The notes beneath the pieces were generated by a model, which was not told where the DNA came from, made no database searches, and was given only the letters and a program-made list of their open reading frames with translations. Made by a program: the position numbers and the translations under genes. A stretch of 64,000 nucleotides of DNA. Source: Trypethelium eluteriae (taxonomy: Eukaryota). Location: NCBI GenBank assembly GCA_051942245.1, contig JAVECL010000053.1, positions 1 to 64,000 on the forward strand, written 5' to 3'. This document shows, piece after piece, positions 59,001-64,000 of the stretch (position 1 is its first letter; every line of letters starts with the position of its first letter).

Positions 59001-59801
59001 CCGGTCAAAATACCGACATAGCCAAATCCCATGAAAGGAGTTGGAGAAGTACTAATTCCTGTCAGTGAGTGTGATCAGTGGCTTCCAGGAGTAGACCGAC
59101 ATTGTTAAGGTACTATCAATGACGACCTCCGTAGCCTTCAAGACTGAGGTTCCTCCATATATATTACCGCCGAAATCCAACCCACTCGGAACTCCAGGAA
59201 GCGAATATCCATCAAAGTGGAAGGTATAGAGGCCACTTGTTGCAGCATGGTTGTAGATCGTCGACACGTTGCCACGTAGAACGGTATTATTATATTGAAT
59301 ATAGCTGAACGACATCAGCCGGAGAATTCGTTAGGCAAATGGACAAGTCTGCCGAAAACTTACTTTGTGATGACTGTTGCGACAGTGAGTTCATATGTAG
59401 AGTTCCACCAGCTAAATGAGATATAAGCGGTGGATACTTCAAGATACGGTTGGCTTTTATTCCGGATCTTTTCAGACTTACTAATTTAGAGCCACGCCAT
59501 CTGCAGCAACAGCACAGCATGTAGCCGAGGGCGTAATCAATGGACTCGTTGCATTTTGAAGCCCCGACGGACTTATCGAAGCACTCGTAGTCGTAATGTT
59601 TGAGGCAGCAAGGGCTGTGCGAAGAGATGTTAGGAATCATGAACAGACCAGACAAACTAGCGTCTCTAAAGAAAAATATATGGTTTCGAAACGTGATTCA
59701 TTTGTGAACCCCAATTTCTGCTTACATTGACGGCGAAAGACAACATTTGCGCTGGAGGTTGTAACGAGTAGTGCAAGCGAGAGAAGCTCGTACGGCAGCA
59801 T
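56008..59801 (-). CDS. Large secreted Gly/Ser/Pro-rich repeat protein, probably a GPI-anchored cell-wall protein or adhesin
   Basis: ATG 59801 gives signal peptide MLPYELLSLALLVTTSSA then NVVFRRQ. About five introns build an N-terminal Cys-containing domain. The last exon has a Pro-rich linker, a GS tract, about seven 50-aa repeats and a hydrophobic C-terminus. Confidence 0.85.
57540..58330 (-). repeat. Low-complexity Gly-Ser coding repeat tract
   Basis: Degenerate (GAGCCT/GAGCCC/GATCCC)n on the + strand encoding (GS)n on the - strand. Confidence 0.85.
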
Positions 59802-61535
59802 CTTGCAATCTGAGGAGAGAGGGTAAGGAAAACGAGTGAGGAAGCCTCTTCACAGATATGAAACAGCAGCGAGGCCTAATAGCGTCGTCTGACTGCAAAA
59901 TACTCAACGTTCTCCAGTAGGCGAGTGGCCATATGGCCATGCTGATCTACCGTGGACGGATTTTGGTCCAATCCGTTCTAGGCTCGTTCTTAGCGGGACG
60001 TGTAGCAATTTCCACTAGGCTAGTAGCCAGTGAATACTGTATACACTTATTGTGCACAGCCCAAAGGCCCGCACGGGCAGTAATCCTCCAATGCTACACA
60101 GCGCGGCGAGCTTAATCGCTCGCTCGACAATCCTTCCATGTAAAGTCCGCTGTAGTACTGCCAATGGGCACTTCATCCAGGCTAGCGTACCCGAACCAAC
60201 AGCGACTACCAAGGACTTCGCAAATCAGGCTCCATCTTCTGTGTGCAAGGCACTCGATTAGCCAGTGGTGTGACGTCCAGAAAATCAGCTGAAGTAGATC
60301 CTACCACTATAGGTTGACAACAAGGCGGGGCGGGGTGCAGCAGTCTCCCCGTCGGCCTGGGCAGCGCAGCATCTCAAATGCAACACCAAACCTTTTCATA
60401 TTCAGCGCTCAGCATGTCGGCGAAGATCTCGGACATAGAGCTGAATGCGAGATCAGCTGCATCTCGACTCAGCATCAGAATCGGAGGGTTGAAGGCTTGA
60501 GTACCTTCTGGATACAGTGGTCCTCTCTTTCGTGACTCTCAACATCAGGTACCTCAACTTCGACCTCGGGATTAGATGCTCCGTACATGATTCAAGTTCA
60601 GAATTTTTCGCCAAGCGCTTACTGCTGGACATACGACGAACCATCCTTGAAAGGGAGATTGTCCGAAAGATGAGATGAGAAGAGGATAAGAACGGGAGAT
60701 GGCGGATCAGCACATGGGCTCTGGTGACTAATCCGTTTTCAGCATACGCCAGCGCAGTCCTTGCCACCCCTGCAGTACCTATTTTTCGCAGATTACAGAT
60801 CCAGACACCCAGCGGTGCAGATTTGAGCTGCCACCCGGCGGTCTCGCTCTTCGCATCTTCCTGCCTTTTGCGACACTGGCCTAACCTGCGCTGATTGTCA
60901 GTGCTGTCGAAACCGCGGCGCGTGCGATTCAAGACCATATGGACGGCGTGGCCGGTGTGGACCATGTCCCCATGTATTAGAGACTCTGCGTGAGCGTGGC
61001 CGGAGCCTCGTTAGAGTATAATATCGGGAGAATTTGGAGATCCAAATTTGGATACACCTGTGATAGGCCGAACGTCAGGGTCTTCTGGCTCTTGCAGATG
61101 CAGATGCAACCATCGCATCCCGCCCTATTACTCACTAAACTCTAGTCCCAGGTACCGGTAGTACCACAGTACAACCAAGCACCGGTCAAGAGCGAAATGA
61201 TGGTCCAGCACCTAAGATGCTAAGACCTAGATGCTGACCGGACACGAGCCTTGGCCTAGGTGGGTCGCGTTTTGCTTCGTGCTCAACTCTTCCACCATCA
61301 TCGCTCTCTTTGCCATTTTCCAGATTCTTCCCAAAGCCTAGGTGTCAGCAGCCTTGCGTTACCGCCAGGCCAGCCACAGCACGTCATACCCTTCATGTCT
61401 TCTCTCTAACTCCAGTTTCTCAATTTTTCGTTCTGCGCAGAAGTGGGCAGTCAAGAGAGATCTGTTGTTGGAGGCCGCAACCCCGAATCTGGCCGTCTTC
61501 AAGAGCAAAGTGGAGCATTAAGCTATTGAGGTGGC

Positions 61536-63486
61536 ATGGCCATTTTCAAGAGACAAAACTCGACCACCGTCCCTGCGCCTTTCTCCTACTCAACCTCTCA
61601 GTCATGGGATGGAAACGATGGAAAATGGTCGACCTTCATAGTTCGCGTCGGCACCCCTCCGCAAGACTTTCGAGTCCTTCCCTCCACCGCCGGACAAGAA
61701 ACATGGGTTCCCAACCCAGAAGGCTGCACACCGAGTGATCCTAGTGATTGCGGGTCTTCAAGAGGGGTACAAGAGTTCAACGGTCAACAGGGCACGGGTT
61801 TCCTGACCAACGAGTCGTCGTCATGGCAAGCATTAGGAGTATACGACCTTGCATTCGAGCAGAACCTCAATTACGAGACAAACGTGACCTATGACGGGCA
61901 AGGTCTCTACGGTTTTGATACTGTTGGACTGCAGGTGGAGAATTCCGGAGGGCTCACATTGAATCATCAGATCGTTGCAGGCATTGCCTTGAAGCAGTTC
62001 TACCTTGGACTGTTTGGACTTGGAATCAAGCCGGCGAACTTCACAAGCTTCTCAAACCCACAACCGGCATTTCTACCATCTGCAGTCTCTCAAAATCTAA
62101 TTCCCAGCCAATCATGGGGCTACACGGCTGGTGCACCCTATCGTGAGTGAACTCATTCCGTTGAAGTCTTTCAGAAAGCTAAGGGTCTTGTTCAAAGGTT
62201 TACAGCAGGTCGATGGTAGCCTTACATTGGGAGGCTACGATGCATCGCGATTTGAACAGAGTAATATCACTTTTCCCTTCGGACCTGACGATTCTCGGAG
62301 TTTAGTCGTCAATGTACTGTCTATTCTTGCCGAAAGTACACTCAGCGGCACTGCGAACATGATGTCCGAGACGATTCTCTCCTTCATCGATTCCTCCATA
62401 CCTGAGATTTGGCTGCCACAAGACGCCTGTGACCAGTTCGCAAGTCATTTTGGCCTTCAATACGATCCTCAGACCGACCGTTATCTTGTCAACAATACAA
62501 TTCATTCGCAGCTCAAAACGCTCAATCCCACTGTCACTTTCCGTCTCGCTGTCGATCCGCTTGGTTCCTCTTTCCAGGACATAATTCTTCCGTATGCTGC
62601 ATTTGATCTCCAAGCCAGCTATCCCATCTACGAAAATGCTACCAATTATTTTCCCATTCGTCGCGCTGCTAACAACACGCAATATACCATTGGTCGTACC
62701 TTCCTCCAGGAGGCCTATGTCATCACCGATTATGATCGTCAGCAGTTTTCGGTGAATCAAGCCTCGTTCCCGGACAGCGGAACAATGCCCCCACAACACA
62801 TCGTCGCTATCCATCCACCCGGTTTTGGTGGCAACAACGGGACCTCAAATTCAAACTCGAGCAGTGGACTCTCTGGTGGCGCCATTGGCGGCATCGTTGT
62901 TGGTGCCGTTGTCGGCGTCGCTCTCATTGCAGGACTCATATTCTTCTTCCTCCGCCGCAATCGCAAATCTAAGAAGGCTGCTGAACTCGATGGTACACAG
63001 CCTGATAAGCCACATGACACTGCAGCACTCGGACAGCCTGCTCCAGGATTCTTCGCTCAAGACAATAAGTCGCAGGGCTCTGAGCTCATGTCTGATCCTC
63101 GTCATGAAATGCCATCCCCTGGACCTGTATACGAGGCTGATGGGACAGCGAAGAGGAATACGCATGAGATGAGTGGGCAGAGCAGTCCGAGGGGAGTTAT
63201 TCCTGAGTTATACTCTGACACAAATCCAAGAGCCGAGTTAGAAGCCGGGAACAAGGCGGGAAGGAGCATAAATCCAAATGATCACTTCTACGAACTGCCC
63301 GGAGATGGCGTATCAAGATTTGGCGGAAGTGCTCCAACAAGTCCAGGGTTGGGTGAGAGTGCTGGGGGAAGCCCACGTCTTGGCAGAAGTCCCAGCCGAA
63401 GTCCACATTTGAGTCCAACGTATGGGAGCCAGAGCTCAGGCACGGCCAGGAGTCCAAGTCCATTAGGGCCGAGTGTGAGAAGATGA
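61536..63486 (+). CDS. Membrane-anchored pepsin-family (A1) aspartic protease homologue, probably catalytically impaired
   Basis: WDGNDGKWS...VGTPPQDFRVLPSTAG (first DTG motif lacks Asp), GSLTLGGYD, SFIDSSIP and IGRTFLQEAY..DY. Transmembrane helix GGAIGGIVVG...FFLRR. Intron 62143-62197. Confidence 0.88.
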
Positions 63487-63628
63487 AATCCATGTACTAG
63501 ACGCACATAGGAGCCCATTGCCTTCGGTTTCCATAGATCGCGGAATACCTTGTTAATAGCTGCGAGAGAACCCAGTGCTCGACCCAAACACCAGCCACGC
63601 TGAGAGGGGAGCAAGAATCGTATGCGTT

Positions 63629-64000
63629 TCAGAGAACACGCATACCATCGATGCTATATCGATTTCCACAATAGACGACTCCGAATTCGATCAGGCCTAG
63701 CGAAGACCACAGGAGGACTACCTTGCAGCCGCCAAATCTCATACCTTTCACGCACCGGACGATAGCTGGGAGCGTCGTTTGCACAGCTATTATCATCACT
63801 AGCGTATATACCAAGGATAGAGCCTCCGCAGACCAACTGAAGCCCTGCCGACTCCACTCACTCACCCAATATACCACAGCCGACTCCAGTAACCAGGCAG
63901 TCACCAGGAGGGCTCCCGTCTTCATCCTTCCTATTATTGTGGCATCGATCGTCTTCACGCGCGAAGCCACATCGGCGGGTAGGTCCAATAGTGCCGTGAT
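63629..64000 (-). CDS. 3' part of a probable multi-pass membrane protein entering from beyond the window
   Basis: Open frame from the window end with about three hydrophobic segments. A possible GTATGC donor at 63645 could add a short last exon. Confidence 0.45.
   Translation of the reverse strand: MTALLDLPADVASRVKTIDATIIGRMKTGALLVTAWLLESAVVYWVSEWSRQGFSWSAEALSLVYTLVMIIAVQTTLPAIVRCVKGMRFGGCKVVLLWSSLGLIEFGVVYCGNRYSIDGMRVL

Overview
Gene-dense, intron-containing eukaryotic DNA from a filamentous ascomycete (Pezizomycotina-type short GT-AG introns with CTRAY branch points). About 25 protein-coding genes are supported. The conserved genes are cyclophilin, ENT3-like epsin, CGI121, three Zn(II)2Cys6 regulators, a GH39 hydrolase, a SAM methyltransferase, nicotinamidase, a Cys/Met PLP enzyme, HMG-CoA reductase, a GIG1/DUF3605 protein, the U2AF small subunit, a GPI cell-wall protein and a membrane aspartic-protease homologue. 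An accessory-looking block at about 28.9-41.3 kb holds a HET protein, secreted orphans, CFEM, DUF6540-like and APH-like genes. The standout is a tRNA-Leu(CAA) gene at 37313-37479 (minus strand). It has an ordinary 33-nt anticodon-loop tRNA intron plus a 54-nt insertion in the D-arm with spliceosomal-intron signals (AAG|GTACGA ... ACTAAT ... AAG|G). Removing both restores a fully paired 80-nt cloverleaf, suggesting a tRNA that needs both the spliceosome and the tRNA splicing endonuclease. All family calls come from reading motifs by eye; no database searches were run.
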